From: an uncultured virus (IMG/VR IMGVR_UViG_3300020191_000005)
Taxonomy: Duplodnaviria; Heunggongvirae; Uroviricota; Caudoviricetes
Direction: 5' to 3' (one strand)
DNA length: 64,000 bases
IMG/VR virus record: IMGVR_UViG_3300020191_000005
Span: 1 to 64,000 of that record
A program made the translations under genes and the position numbers. Each line of letters begins with the position of its first letter. Position 1 is the first letter of the stretch. Under the pieces are notes generated by a model that worked only from the letters and a program-made list of their open reading frames with translations, searched no databases and was not told where the DNA came from. Of this stretch, positions 1 to 9,386 are shown in pieces.

Positions 1-70
1 CTTTTTCGGAAACTCGTTTCTTTTCCAAGGCTTCTGCGTCTTTAAATATCTTGTCACGATAGTCCGCCAT
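1..70 (-). CDS. 5' end of a gene running off the window (MADYRDKIFKDAEALEKETSFRK...), probably baseplate-module protein
   Basis: ATG at 70-68 with AGGAG SD upstream, directly after the stop of the 72..377 gene; frame open to the window edge. Confidence 0.5.
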   Translation of the reverse strand, partial: MADYRDKIFKDAEALEKKRVSEK

Positions 71-71
71 A

Positions 72-377
72 TTAAACTCCTAGTCTATCAGAAAGTGCAG
101 AAGCGTTAGGTAGATAAATTTTAGTTCCAACTTTTATGTCATAGACAGGATCTTTAATAGTATCCATATTACGTTGGGCAAACACCCACCATAACTTTGG
201 ACTTCCATATAAGTCATATGCTAGTAGATCTGGTCTATAATTATACTGAGGTTCAATTTCGTATAAGGCGTCATCTGATGATGCCGGTACAGTACGAACT
301 CTAAGTAAGTCCATATACTCACCGCTTTCGTTTTCCGGAGTAGCAAACCACGGACTAGATTGGGAATAGTCTGCCAT
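72..377 (-). CDS. Baseplate wedge protein, T4 gp53-like (LysM-like)
   Basis: RPDLLAYDLYGSPKLWWVFAQRN motif typical of gp53/LysM-type baseplate proteins. Confidence 0.8.
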   Translation of the reverse strand: MADYSQSSPWFATPENESGEYMDLLRVRTVPASSDDALYEIEPQYNYRPDLLAYDLYGSPKLWWVFAQRNMDTIKDPVYDIKVGTKIYLPNASALSDRLGV

Positions 378-1249
378 TAAATAAATCCTCCACCACTTTT
401 AACATAGTCGCCATTGACATATTTTTGTAAACTAAACTGTTCAATCTCGCGCCTACTGTAAATTGGTTGTACTGTAACTGTTATTAAACTTTGTGTTGGT
501 GCCCAACTTACTCCGTCTCTAGTACTCTCTGGAGTTTTATCAGTTTCTTGATCTGACTTTGTTGTAATTGGTGTATTCAATCCTGTTGCAATATAATCAA
601 CGTCTTGTGGTAAATCAACTGTGAAGTTAGTAACAACACAAGGGACATTGTTAAAAATAAAATCTCCGTATCCGTTTAATTTAATAACTGGAGGTGGAGC
701 ACCTAGTGTATCTCCTTCGCCGCCATAAAACATTTTAGTCACTGAACGTAGATAGTGTAATGCCGCAACCCAATATTTTGCTTCAATTCCGTTTTGTACA
801 AAAAAGTCACCTGTGATAACCAACTGATCCACTTGTGAGTTTTGATACGCATAATACGGATAATTAGTATGTGTAGGAGTAATTGCACTATAGTTTGCCG
901 AGTGTGCTACAATAATTGTAGGCGTATACGGAAAAACTAAACCATTTGTTTTAGCAAGTGGTTGCAATAACGGAGATTTATTGAAAGACTCAAGATTAGG
1001 CATACTTAATTTAACACGCCAATCACGGTTGGTTGGTTTGGCAAACGAAACGTTGCCGTCCATATTTCCTAATGGGCCTTTGTCTTTTCCTGGTAAATTT
1101 TTACCACGAAGAGCTTTTGCAAAGCCGTCAACGTTGACAAATTCTGAAATAGCATTTGCCGCGTCGGCTACTCCCTTAGTGAAATCAGCGGTAGCATCTT
1201 GGACACCACTTTTGATGTTGTTTCCTATTTTCGCAAAATCTATTGACAT
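377..1249 (-). CDS. Baseplate / tail-tube initiator-like protein (gp48/gp54-type)
   Basis: FPYTPTI ... GAPPPVIKLNGYG ... VPCVVTNFTVDLP tube-fold motifs; stop/start overlap with gp53-like gene. Confidence 0.6.
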   Translation of the reverse strand: MSIDFAKIGNNIKSGVQDATADFTKGVADAANAISEFVNVDGFAKALRGKNLPGKDKGPLGNMDGNVSFAKPTNRDWRVKLSMPNLESFNKSPLLQPLAKTNGLVFPYTPTIIVAHSANYSAITPTHTNYPYYAYQNSQVDQLVITGDFFVQNGIEAKYWVAALHYLRSVTKMFYGGEGDTLGAPPPVIKLNGYGDFIFNNVPCVVTNFTVDLPQDVDYIATGLNTPITTKSDQETDKTPESTRDGVSWAPTQSLITVTVQPIYSRREIEQFSLQKYVNGDYVKSGGGFI

Positions 1250-1268
1250 ATTGGCAATCTCCTACAAG

Positions 1269-1274
1269 TATTTA
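1269..1274 (-). promoter_or_regulatory. Late promoter core TAAATA for the baseplate operon
   Basis: TAAATA on minus strand about 20 nt upstream of the 1249 start; same motif precedes most structural genes. Confidence 0.6.
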
Positions 1275-1275
1275 G

Positions 1276-1304
1276 TTGACTTTATTAAGTTAGTAGTTTA
1301 TAAT
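1276..1304 (+). promoter_or_regulatory. Sigma70-type promoter for late sigma gene
   Basis: TTGACT-17 bp-TATAAT. Confidence 0.75.
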
Positions 1305-1330
1305 AGAACTATAACCTGGAGAATTCATAC

Positions 1331-2191
1331 ATGAGAAAAGTAAATTATTTAAACAACAGAGATTTGTTATTAGAAATACACAAATCTAAAAGTACATTTA
1401 GCAGTTTTACAGATGACGCTTATGCACAATTTGACATCATTTTACCTGATGTTGCAAAAATTAATATTAGAACTATAGCAGAAGCTAAAAGAAACCAAGC
1501 AAAACGAATCAGTTATGACGAATATACTCGAAGAAAGCTGGCTGGTGAAAAGGTCAAACAAGCTGATACTGAAATAGACTACCGAAAAATAGCTAAAACA
1601 GACCTAATTTTCCGTGTTATGACATATGATCACATTCCAGAAGAAAAAGGTAGGAAGAAAAATCCTAAAACAGTAGCAGATACTAAGGTAAAATTAAACT
1701 TTCCCCCATTTGTACACTACAAGTTTAACGACAACGACGAATTAGAGCTTGTAGGTAAAAGTCATTGGGAAGGTGGAATGGAGAATGGACATTTTAGTTT
1801 ATCTGGCGGACAAGCAACTAGAAAACTTGCTATGATGTGGATGAAGCTATGTGAGCGTTATGCTACACGTGGTAATGTAAGAGGTTATACATATAATGAC
1901 GAAATGCGAGGACAGGCAATCCTACAATTAACACAGATTGGTTTACAGTTTGACGAGTCAAAATCAAATAATCCATTTGCTTATTATACTGCGGCGGTTA
2001 CAAACTCATTTGTTAGAATTATTAATATTGAAAAACGTAATCAAAATATAAGAGATGACATCCTTGAGATGAACGACATGACGCCATCTTTTACAAGACA
2101 GAATCAAGGACAATGGGAAGCCGAATTAGACGCACATAATAAAAAGTATGCATCGTCTTCGACAGTTACTACTATACCCGTTAAAAAATAG
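1331..2191 (+). CDS. Sigma factor for late transcription, T4 gp55-like
   Basis: N-terminal NYLNNRDLL, RGYTYNDEM and FDESKSNNPFAYYT motifs; sits next to gp47/gp46 as in T4-like phages. Confidence 0.8.
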   Translation: MRKVNYLNNRDLLLEIHKSKSTFSSFTDDAYAQFDIILPDVAKINIRTIAEAKRNQAKRISYDEYTRRKLAGEKVKQADTEIDYRKIAKTDLIFRVMTYDHIPEEKGRKKNPKTVADTKVKLNFPPFVHYKFNDNDELELVGKSHWEGGMENGHFSLSGGQATRKLAMMWMKLCERYATRGNVRGYTYNDEMRGQAILQLTQIGLQFDESKSNNPFAYYTAAVTNSFVRIINIEKRNQNIRDDILEMNDMTPSFTRQNQGQWEAELDAHNKKYASSSTVTTIPVKK

Positions 2192-2192
2192 G

Positions 2193-2221
2193 TTGACAGT
2201 AAAAACTATATGTTGTACAAT
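2193..2221 (+). promoter_or_regulatory. Sigma70-type promoter for gp47/gp46 operon
   Basis: TTGACA-17 bp-TACAAT. Confidence 0.7.
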
Positions 2222-2246
2222 AAAGTATGAATCGTGAGGTATAATT

Positions 2247-3263
2247 TTGTTTAAAAAAGCGGCTGTCTTTACAGACATACACTTTGGACTCAAGTCCAAT
2301 TCTAAAACACACAATGACGACTGCGAAGAATTTGTAGATTGGTACATTGAACAGGCTCAGGCTAACGGCTGTGAGACTGGCATCTTTATGGGTGACTGGC
2401 ATCATAATAGAAACAGTTTGAATATTACCACCCTTGATGCTACGCTTCGAGCATTGGAAAAACTTGGTAAGGCATTTGAAAAGTTTTATTTCTTTCCTGG
2501 TAACCACGATTTATATTATAAAGATAAAAGAGATTTAAATTCAGTTGCTTTTGGTAAGCATATTGAAGGCATTACAATGGTTAATGAAATAATGACCATT
2601 GGTGATAGTACACTTGTTCCTTGGTTAGTAGGCGACGAATGGAAAAAGATTAGTAAAATTAAAAGCAAGTATATATTTGGACACTTTGAACTGCCTAGTT
2701 TCTATATGAATGCTATGGTACAGATGCCAGACCACGGAGAACTTAGAGCAGAACATTTCCAACACCAAGAATATGTGTTTAGTGGACACTTTCACAAGCG
2801 ACAAGTAAAAGGGCCTGTACACTATATTGGAAATGCTTTACCACACAACTATGCAGATGCATGGGATGACGAGCGTGGTATGATGATTTTAGAACATGGC
2901 GGTGAACCACAGTATATTAACTGGTGGAACTGTCCTAAGTATCGCACAGTTAAACTTAGCCAACTACTAGATGAGAAAGATACACTTATTAAACCCAAGA
3001 TGTATTTGAGAGTTACACTAGACTTACCTATTAGTTACGAAGAAGCAAGTTTTATTAAAGAAACATTTATTAAAGAATACGAATGTAGAGAAATTACATT
3101 AATTCCTAGTACCAAAGATGACGAGATGAATAGTGAAATTGACATCGCACAGTTTGAAAGTGTTGATGAAATTGTAGCTAAAGAGATTGAAGCAATTGAC
3201 TCAGACAATTTTGATAGGAAAAAACTGTTAGACATATACAGGGATCTAGGTAGAGATGATTAA
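2247..3263 (+). CDS. Recombination endonuclease subunit, gp47 / Mre11-SbcD-like metallophosphoesterase
   Basis: DIHFG, GDWHH, GNHD, GHFH motifs; TTG start after GAGGT SD. Confidence 0.9.
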   Translation: MFKKAAVFTDIHFGLKSNSKTHNDDCEEFVDWYIEQAQANGCETGIFMGDWHHNRNSLNITTLDATLRALEKLGKAFEKFYFFPGNHDLYYKDKRDLNSVAFGKHIEGITMVNEIMTIGDSTLVPWLVGDEWKKISKIKSKYIFGHFELPSFYMNAMVQMPDHGELRAEHFQHQEYVFSGHFHKRQVKGPVHYIGNALPHNYADAWDDERGMMILEHGGEPQYINWWNCPKYRTVKLSQLLDEKDTLIKPKMYLRVTLDLPISYEEASFIKETFIKEYECREITLIPSTKDDEMNSEIDIAQFESVDEIVAKEIEAIDSDNFDRKKLLDIYRDLGRDD

Positions 3264-5025
3264 AATTAAAGAATTAACAGTCAAAAATTTCATGAGTGTA
3301 GGTAATTCTACACAAGGAGTTGACTTTGATAGAGAACAACTAACGTTAGTGCTTGGTGAAAACTTAGATCAAGGAGGTGACGATTCTGGTTCCCGTAACG
3401 GTACAGGTAAAACTACGATAATCAACGCATTATCCTACGCCCTGTACGGCCAAGCACTAACTAACATACGCAAAGATAATTTAGTTAACAAAACTAATAA
3501 CAAAGCGATGTTAGTAACACTCACGTTTGAAAAAGATGGTAGAAATTATCATATTGAACGTGGACGTAAGCCTAATTTGTTAAAATTTAGCATTGATGGT
3601 ACTGATCAAGAGATTACAGACGAAAGTCAAGGTGATAGTCGCAAGACACAAGAAGATATTAACACACTACTTGGTATGAGTCATGAGATGTTCAAACATA
3701 TTCTTGCACTTAACACATATACTGAACCGTTTTTATCTTTAAAAAGCAACGATCAACGTGCAATCATTGAACAACTATTAGGTATTACTATATTAAGTGA
3801 GAAGGCTGATAAACTTAGAGAGCAATCTAAGATTGTTAAGGACCAACTCACAGAAGAAACTGCTAGACTCACGGCAGTAACAGCAAGTAACGAAAAAATT
3901 ACAGAAAATATTGATAGATTGCACACTAGACGTAAAGCATGGATCTCTCAAAACAAACAAGACTGTGATAAACTTGCCAAAGCAATTAAAGAATTAGAAA
4001 AGTTAGATATTGATGCTGAACTAGAAGCACATGACTTGTTAAGTTCTTGGTCAGAGAAAACAACTAAACACAATAACTTGATCAAAGAACGAGCTACTAT
4101 TGAACGTGCTTTAGAACAAGCTGACAAGAACATGAAAAAGTCTGGTAAAGAACTAGATGACTTAGAACATGCAAAGTGTTATGCTTGTGGACAAGACTTA
4201 CATGATGAAAAATTAGAAGAACTTAAAGATAAACTGCAAACCGATTATGGCGATGCACACACATACCTAATTGAGATTGCTGAAAAGTTTGAAAAGGTAG
4301 TTAAAAAGATTGAAGACCTTGGTGACGTTGAAAGTAAGCCTAACACATTTTACGAAAATGCCAAAGAAGCATATGAGCATCAACATAATGTTGAAAATTT
4401 GAAACTTACGTTGCAGGCAAAACAAGATGAAGTTGACCCTTACCAAGAACAAATTGATGATTTAAAAGAAACTGCTATTCAAGAACTTAACTGGGAAACA
4501 GTAAATGAATTGACTAGTACTAAAGAACATCAAGACTTTTTATATAAGTTACTAACAAACAAAGATAGTTTTATTCGTAAGAAGATTATTGAACAAAACT
4601 TAGCATACTTAAACAACAGACTTACATATTACTTAGACAAAATAGGGTTACCACATACTGTAGTGTTTAAAAATGACCTAACAGTTGAAATACAACAACT
4701 AGGACAGGACTTAGACTTTGATAACTTGAGTAGAGGTGAACGTAACAGACTTATACTTGGTATGAGTTGGTCATTCCGTGATGTGTGGGAAAGTTTATAT
4801 CAAAACATTAACTTACTATTCATTGATGAGCTTATTGATAGTGGTATGGATACCGCAGGTGTTGAAAGCTCTATTAGTATTCTTAAGAAAATGGCTAGAG
4901 AGCGTAGTAAAAACGTTTATCTAATCTCACACAAAGATGAACTAATTGGTAGAGTTACAAATGTACTTAGAGTTGTTAAGGAAAATGGCTTTACTAGTTA
5001 TGATAACGATATAGAAATACGATAA
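3256..5025 (+). CDS. Recombination endonuclease ATPase subunit, gp46 / Rad50-SbcC-like
   Basis: Walker A RNGTGKTT, CYAC zinc hook in coiled coil, LSRGE signature, FIDE Walker B, ISH. Confidence 0.92.
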   Translation: MIKIKELTVKNFMSVGNSTQGVDFDREQLTLVLGENLDQGGDDSGSRNGTGKTTIINALSYALYGQALTNIRKDNLVNKTNNKAMLVTLTFEKDGRNYHIERGRKPNLLKFSIDGTDQEITDESQGDSRKTQEDINTLLGMSHEMFKHILALNTYTEPFLSLKSNDQRAIIEQLLGITILSEKADKLREQSKIVKDQLTEETARLTAVTASNEKITENIDRLHTRRKAWISQNKQDCDKLAKAIKELEKLDIDAELEAHDLLSSWSEKTTKHNNLIKERATIERALEQADKNMKKSGKELDDLEHAKCYACGQDLHDEKLEELKDKLQTDYGDAHTYLIEIAEKFEKVVKKIEDLGDVESKPNTFYENAKEAYEHQHNVENLKLTLQAKQDEVDPYQEQIDDLKETAIQELNWETVNELTSTKEHQDFLYKLLTNKDSFIRKKIIEQNLAYLNNRLTYYLDKIGLPHTVVFKNDLTVEIQQLGQDLDFDNLSRGERNRLILGMSWSFRDVWESLYQNINLLFIDELIDSGMDTAGVESSISILKKMARERSKNVYLISHKDELIGRVTNVLRVVKENGFTSYDNDIEIR

Positions 5026-5228
5026 TGACTGACGATACGCATGATTTACTTACTAAGGCTTATATGCAATACTATAAAGCCAATGAAGCGTTTGAAATTC
5101 GCAAAAGCGAACGTACTAAACGTGAAGCACGTAGGTGGTTAAGCGAAATTCGTCGTTTGTGCTCTACACGCAGAGTAGAAATCATGGACGACTTTACATC
5201 TAACAAGAAGAACCACAATCAAGAGTAA
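5025..5228 (+). CDS. Small hypothetical protein
   Basis: 67-aa ORF coupled to gp46 stop (TAATG). Confidence 0.55.
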   Translation: MTDDTHDLLTKAYMQYYKANEAFEIRKSERTKREARRWLSEIRRLCSTRRVEIMDDFTSNKKNHNQE

Positions 5229-5256
5229 TACCCCTAGACACAATGTAAGTAAGTTC

Positions 5257-5679
5257 ATGCAGTGGACTTACAAAAGTAAAAAAATAGACGAACTTCCAAC
5301 AGATTGCGAAGCATTTGTTTACTTAATCACTAATAAAACTAACAATCGTAAGTACATAGGCAAAAAATTAGCTAAGTTTAAGACAACTAAGCCACCGCTC
5401 AAAGGCAGAAAAAACAAAAGACGTGGAACTAAAGAATCAGATTGGAGAGACTATTGGGGCTCCAGTGATAACTTATTAAGAGACGTTGAAGAATTAGGCC
5501 AGAAAAATTTCACCAGAGAAATATTATATTATTGTAAAAGCAGAGGCTTAGCAAGTTACTTAGAGGCACGAGAGCAGTTTGAACGCAGAGTACTTGAAAC
5601 AGATGATTACTACAACGGAATCATTAATGTTAGAGTTGGCGGATCAAAGATTCTTAAAGAAGAATTACGCAAATTATAG
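5257..5679 (+). CDS. Short standalone GIY-YIG family nuclease
   Basis: AFVYLITN...KYIGKK motif, YWGSS, conserved E (YLEAREQ) and YYN; 140 aa, very basic. Confidence 0.8.
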   Translation: MQWTYKSKKIDELPTDCEAFVYLITNKTNNRKYIGKKLAKFKTTKPPLKGRKNKRRGTKESDWRDYWGSSDNLLRDVEELGQKNFTREILYYCKSRGLASYLEAREQFERRVLETDDYYNGIINVRVGGSKILKEELRKL

Positions 5680-5688
5680 GCAAACATA

Positions 5689-6035
5689 GCAACATTGTTT
5701 GGTCGAGGTAGCTCGACTCACTTTGAACTTGTGAGAAATACACCGGTGGACTAGTGCGTTGCAAGGACAATACTAACTTAGGTATAAAAGATCGTGGCTC
5801 TGTGAAAAAGATACAACCACAAAGTAAGTAATTTCGACTATTAGGGATTAACTGCTTTCCGCGTATTATGCGAATGCTGAAGTAGGGGGTATGCGGTACG
5901 CCGCCTCCGTGTAATTATATTACAATCTTCTTTAATAGATTGTGGCGATGCTCACTCAGATAATGTAGGAGTAGTCATTTTTTTTAATTCGTCCGGCAAC
6001 GGGCGAATTGTGGCTCAACTATCTAGATAATGCTA
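5689..6035 (+). ncRNA. Candidate large structured non-coding RNA directly downstream of GIY-YIG gene
   Basis: No ORF; many nested stems by hand (5689-5693/5758-5762, 5702-5707/5712-5717, 5893-5904, 5986-5995/6000-6009 with GCAA loop), possible pseudoknot 5838-5843/5933-5938, several G-U pairs favouring + strand. Confidence 0.5.
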
Positions 6036-6219
6036 AAGTGCTTCGCACTTATTATTAAGTATAATTATTCCTTATTAAGATTAAAAGATATAAGTGTTTG
6101 AGCGATAGCGAAAAACAACAAGTACGCAGTACTTGTTCCTAATTATGTTTATAGAGTATCCATAATAACACAATAGTCAAAATCACAAAGTAAAATATAG
6201 GCGAACACATGTGGATTAT

Positions 6220-6402
6220 TTAGTGTAGATCAGGATCTCTTCCAAAACCAGACTTTACAAGACTAACATTGATAGTATCGATTTCGAATGTATTATGAGG
6301 AGATTGAAGTTTAAACATCTCAACGGCTTGTGTTGCTTCATCCATACTATTAAGTGTTGCAACTACTTCGCCGTTAGACGATATAACATAACGTATAACC
6401 AT
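6220..6402 (-). CDS. Small hypothetical protein
   Basis: 60-aa ORF with TAAATA (6409-6414, minus) 6 nt upstream of ATG. Confidence 0.5.
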   Translation of the reverse strand: MVIRYVISSNGEVVATLNSMDEATQAVEMFKLQSPHNTFEIDTINVSLVKSGFGRDPDLH

Positions 6403-6437
6403 ATTGTTTATTTAATGAGGATTTAGAACTAATTAAG

Positions 6438-6445
6438 TATAAATA
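6438..6445 (+). promoter_or_regulatory. T4-type late promoter TATAAATA
   Basis: Exact T4 late consensus upstream of AAGGAG SD and 6467 ATG. Confidence 0.7.
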
Positions 6446-6466
6446 TATTATACAAAGGAGTTTGCT

Positions 6467-6982
6467 ATGAAAATCAATCAAATAGTTACAGAAACAACAG
6501 TCTCTGAGGCTCCTGGCGGAAGTGCCCTAGGTAACCTAGCAAGAAAAGCTGGCGCAAAAGTAGCGGGCGCCGTTGGCGCTAAAGGCACAGCGGCTGGCAT
6601 GTCAGGTAAAGTAGATCAAAACGCCAGAGCAAAAGAGATATTCACACAATATAGAGGCTATATGGGTCAAACTGGTGGTAATGCTAAACAACCAACAGCA
6701 GATCAAGTTATGGACTTTTTACAAAAACAAAAACTTCCAACAAAGCGTATGCAAGGTGTACAAGGACAAATGACTCCTAAACAAGTAGACGATTTGTTAC
6801 AAGGAATTGCACAAGATTCTTTCAAAGGTGCGGCAGGACAAGCGGCAACTGCAAGTAGTCCAGCTAGTTTAGGTGATAAATTTGGATCAGCAAGTGCCCA
6901 AGGAGGAATTCCTGCAGATTTACAAAAAGAAATTGATGCACTTAGTCCTCAGGACAAAGCAGAATTAGCAAAACTACTCTAA
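6467..6982 (+). CDS. Hypothetical protein, possible internal head protein
   Basis: Strong SD, late promoter, Ala/Gly/Gln-rich, MKINQIV N-terminus. Confidence 0.55.
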   Translation: MKINQIVTETTVSEAPGGSALGNLARKAGAKVAGAVGAKGTAAGMSGKVDQNARAKEIFTQYRGYMGQTGGNAKQPTADQVMDFLQKQKLPTKRMQGVQGQMTPKQVDDLLQGIAQDSFKGAAGQAATASSPASLGDKFGSASAQGGIPADLQKEIDALSPQDKAELAKLL

Positions 6983-6992
6983 GGACTGACTG

Positions 6993-9149
6993 ATGAAACT
7001 CAACGAAGTAATTACAAGTAAAACCCAAACAATTTTAAACGAGGGTTGGCAAGATCTAAACGAAGCACAACAAAATTATCTAACACGCTTTGAATTAGAG
7101 CTTTGGCCACTAGTTGAGTCTTATGCAAAACTAGCAGAAGCAGAATTAACATCAGATCAAATACAAGCAATCTTCAAAGGCGCTGAAGAAACAGCAATGG
7201 CCAGTGGAGATAACAAAACTGCACTTGGTAAAGCAGGTTCAGCAGTTGGAGCGGCGGCTAAATTACCCGTTGACCTAGCTAAAAAAGTTGATGCAAAGAT
7301 TAATGAGCTGGGCAAACTAGCACAAAACGCAGGCCCAATTAAAAATGCTGATGCAAAGTTTGAAGAACTTAAAAAGAAAATTGGATCAAGTGACGGTAAA
7401 ATTGTTGCAGGTGTAAAAGCTGTCAGTGATTGGGCAAAAGCAAATCCAGGTAAGGCTTCATTAGCAGTTGGTATTTTAACAACTGTTGCGGCCTTTGCAG
7501 GCGGACCATTAGGTGGTGCGGCCGCAGGTTTAGTACTGCGTTCAACAAAAGATCTATTACAAGGTGAAAAACTTTCAACAGCAGTTGGTAAGTCAGTTAA
7601 AACAGCGGCATATGGTGCTCTTGCTGGTTTGGCAATTCAAGGGCTAACTGATAATATGGTTGATAACATTGCAACGGGCAGTGAAGCAGAAGCAGACGCT
7701 ATGATGGATGCTTTTGAAAAAGCCAACTTTACTGCGGCAGTAGATGGTGCAGTAGCAGATGCAGGTTTTGATGCAGGTGTACTTGACGGTGCACGTAATT
7801 TAAAAATGTCTGGTAACATCAACGGCTTCTTTTACAATTATGATTTAACTATGACTGCTGATCAAGTTGCACAATATAAAGCACTATCAGATGCGGCATC
7901 AAATGCAAAAGTTTTTAGTCCTGAATATTACGAAGCGGCAGGTAAGTTGCACGGATTTATGTCAACAACACAACAAGCAAACGCAGACCTAACTGCACTT
8001 GCAAAAACTATAGCAGACATTCCTAAAGATGCACTAACAGGTGATCAACTGGATGCGGCTATTGCTGTGCTTGACAATGCTGACAAAGCAATTGAAACAT
8101 TAAGTGGCGCCGGTGGCGCAATTGGTGCGGCGGCACAAGGTGCTTTACAAACTGTTGACGACAACAACAAAGAAATGCACAAAGTTAAACCAATTGATCC
8201 AGAAGAAAAGAAACAACTTGAATTAGATCTTAAAGGCGGAAGTGATGCAACACCTGTAGATAAAAACTTTGACAAGAGTCAAAAACTTTCAGACTTTGGA
8301 GCAGTAGGCGACAAAGCAGAATCAATTGATTATGAAACTGCATTTAACGAATACTTACAAGAAGCAGAACCTGCACAAGGTGAACTACCATTAAACAATC
8401 CTAACACACTTGGTGCTAAACTAAAACGTGGTGTAGGCAAAGTTGCAAGTAGAGCCGCAGGTGCAGTTGCTCAAGGTGCTAAAAGTGCAGTTGGTGCAGT
8501 TAAGCAAGGTGCCAAAGATGTAGGTAATAAAGTTACTGCTAACAAACTTAATAAAGATTGGAAGAAGATGGGCGAACCAACTGATTCTGGTAGCATTGTA
8601 AATATATTATCAGGTGCAGGGTTAACTAATGATCAGATAAGCAGTATTGCAGGATCAACACAAGCACCAATTAGTCCAGATGAAGTAACTAAAGCACCTA
8701 CAGATGGTGCCACAGACGCAGATACAGCGTCAACAAGCGGTGATAAAGCTACAGCTACACAAGCACAAGCATCAACTAAAAATGACAAACAAGAGCCATC
8801 TAGCTCACCTACTCCGGGCAAAACTCCCCTAAGTTATCCTACAGGTACTCCAGATAAACCAGCAAAAGCAACAGGCGGAGATTATGCAAAGAAACCAAAA
8901 GTTCCAGCTTCAGCACAAGCTAAAGCACAAGCTAAACAAGGATCAGCACAAGCTACACCAACACAAAGCAATGTTGCAACACTAGCACAAAAAATTAAAA
9001 AGTCTGGTGTAAATGTTGATAGTGTTAAACAAAGTTTAGGTGGAGGAACTGCACAACAGAGTAGCGGAGTTAACTTACCAGATCTAGTAGATAGAATTAG
9101 TAAAGCAGGCGTACAAAAACAAGTACGTCAAATGTTAATAGCAAAGTAA
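6993..9149 (+). CDS. Large Ala-rich hypothetical protein, possible internal/ejected virion protein
   Basis: 718 aa; MKLNEVI N-terminus; hydrophobic Gly-rich helical hairpin; low-complexity tail. Confidence 0.55.
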   Translation: MKLNEVITSKTQTILNEGWQDLNEAQQNYLTRFELELWPLVESYAKLAEAELTSDQIQAIFKGAEETAMASGDNKTALGKAGSAVGAAAKLPVDLAKKVDAKINELGKLAQNAGPIKNADAKFEELKKKIGSSDGKIVAGVKAVSDWAKANPGKASLAVGILTTVAAFAGGPLGGAAAGLVLRSTKDLLQGEKLSTAVGKSVKTAAYGALAGLAIQGLTDNMVDNIATGSEAEADAMMDAFEKANFTAAVDGAVADAGFDAGVLDGARNLKMSGNINGFFYNYDLTMTADQVAQYKALSDAASNAKVFSPEYYEAAGKLHGFMSTTQQANADLTALAKTIADIPKDALTGDQLDAAIAVLDNADKAIETLSGAGGAIGAAAQGALQTVDDNNKEMHKVKPIDPEEKKQLELDLKGGSDATPVDKNFDKSQKLSDFGAVGDKAESIDYETAFNEYLQEAEPAQGELPLNNPNTLGAKLKRGVGKVASRAAGAVAQGAKSAVGAVKQGAKDVGNKVTANKLNKDWKKMGEPTDSGSIVNILSGAGLTNDQISSIAGSTQAPISPDEVTKAPTDGATDADTASTSGDKATATQAQASTKNDKQEPSSSPTPGKTPLSYPTGTPDKPAKATGGDYAKKPKVPASAQAKAQAKQGSAQATPTQSNVATLAQKIKKSGVNVDSVKQSLGGGTAQQSSGVNLPDLVDRISKAGVQKQVRQMLIAK

Positions 9150-9155
9150 TAGATC

Positions 9156-9386
9156 CTACCAAAAAGGTTGACCTGTTTTCTTAGCAGTTTCAAGATTCTC
9201 TTTAATAAGTTTAGAAAATATTTCTCTATCTTCGGGACCAACCTGATAGATCTCCTCAAGACTAACGCTACCTCTCATATACCAAACTATACGAGATAGT
9301 TCCATCTTGAAATTTTTGGTCTCGTTTTCTAAGTTGTCAACTTCTTTTAGGATATCCTCCAGAGACTGAGAAGCTATCCTTATGCG
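9156..9386 (-). CDS. gp51-like ORF, probably expressed as a -1 frameshift extension of the upstream chaperone
   Basis: 76 open codons (RIRIASQSLEDIL...WYMRGSVS...KKTGQPFW*) in the -1 frame beginning at the T TTT TTC site; not in the ORF track. Confidence 0.65.
   Translation of the reverse strand, partial: RIRIASQSLEDILKEVDNLENETKNFKMELSRIVWYMRGSVSLEEIYQVGPEDREIFSKLIKENLETAKKTGQPFW

Noticed and set aside
5836..5976. Group I intron around the GIY-YIG gene (GACTA 5836-40 / TAGTC 5972-76 resemble P7)
   Set aside because: No interrupted host gene, and I could not find convincing P3, P4/P6 or J8/7 consensus; not excluded without Infernal
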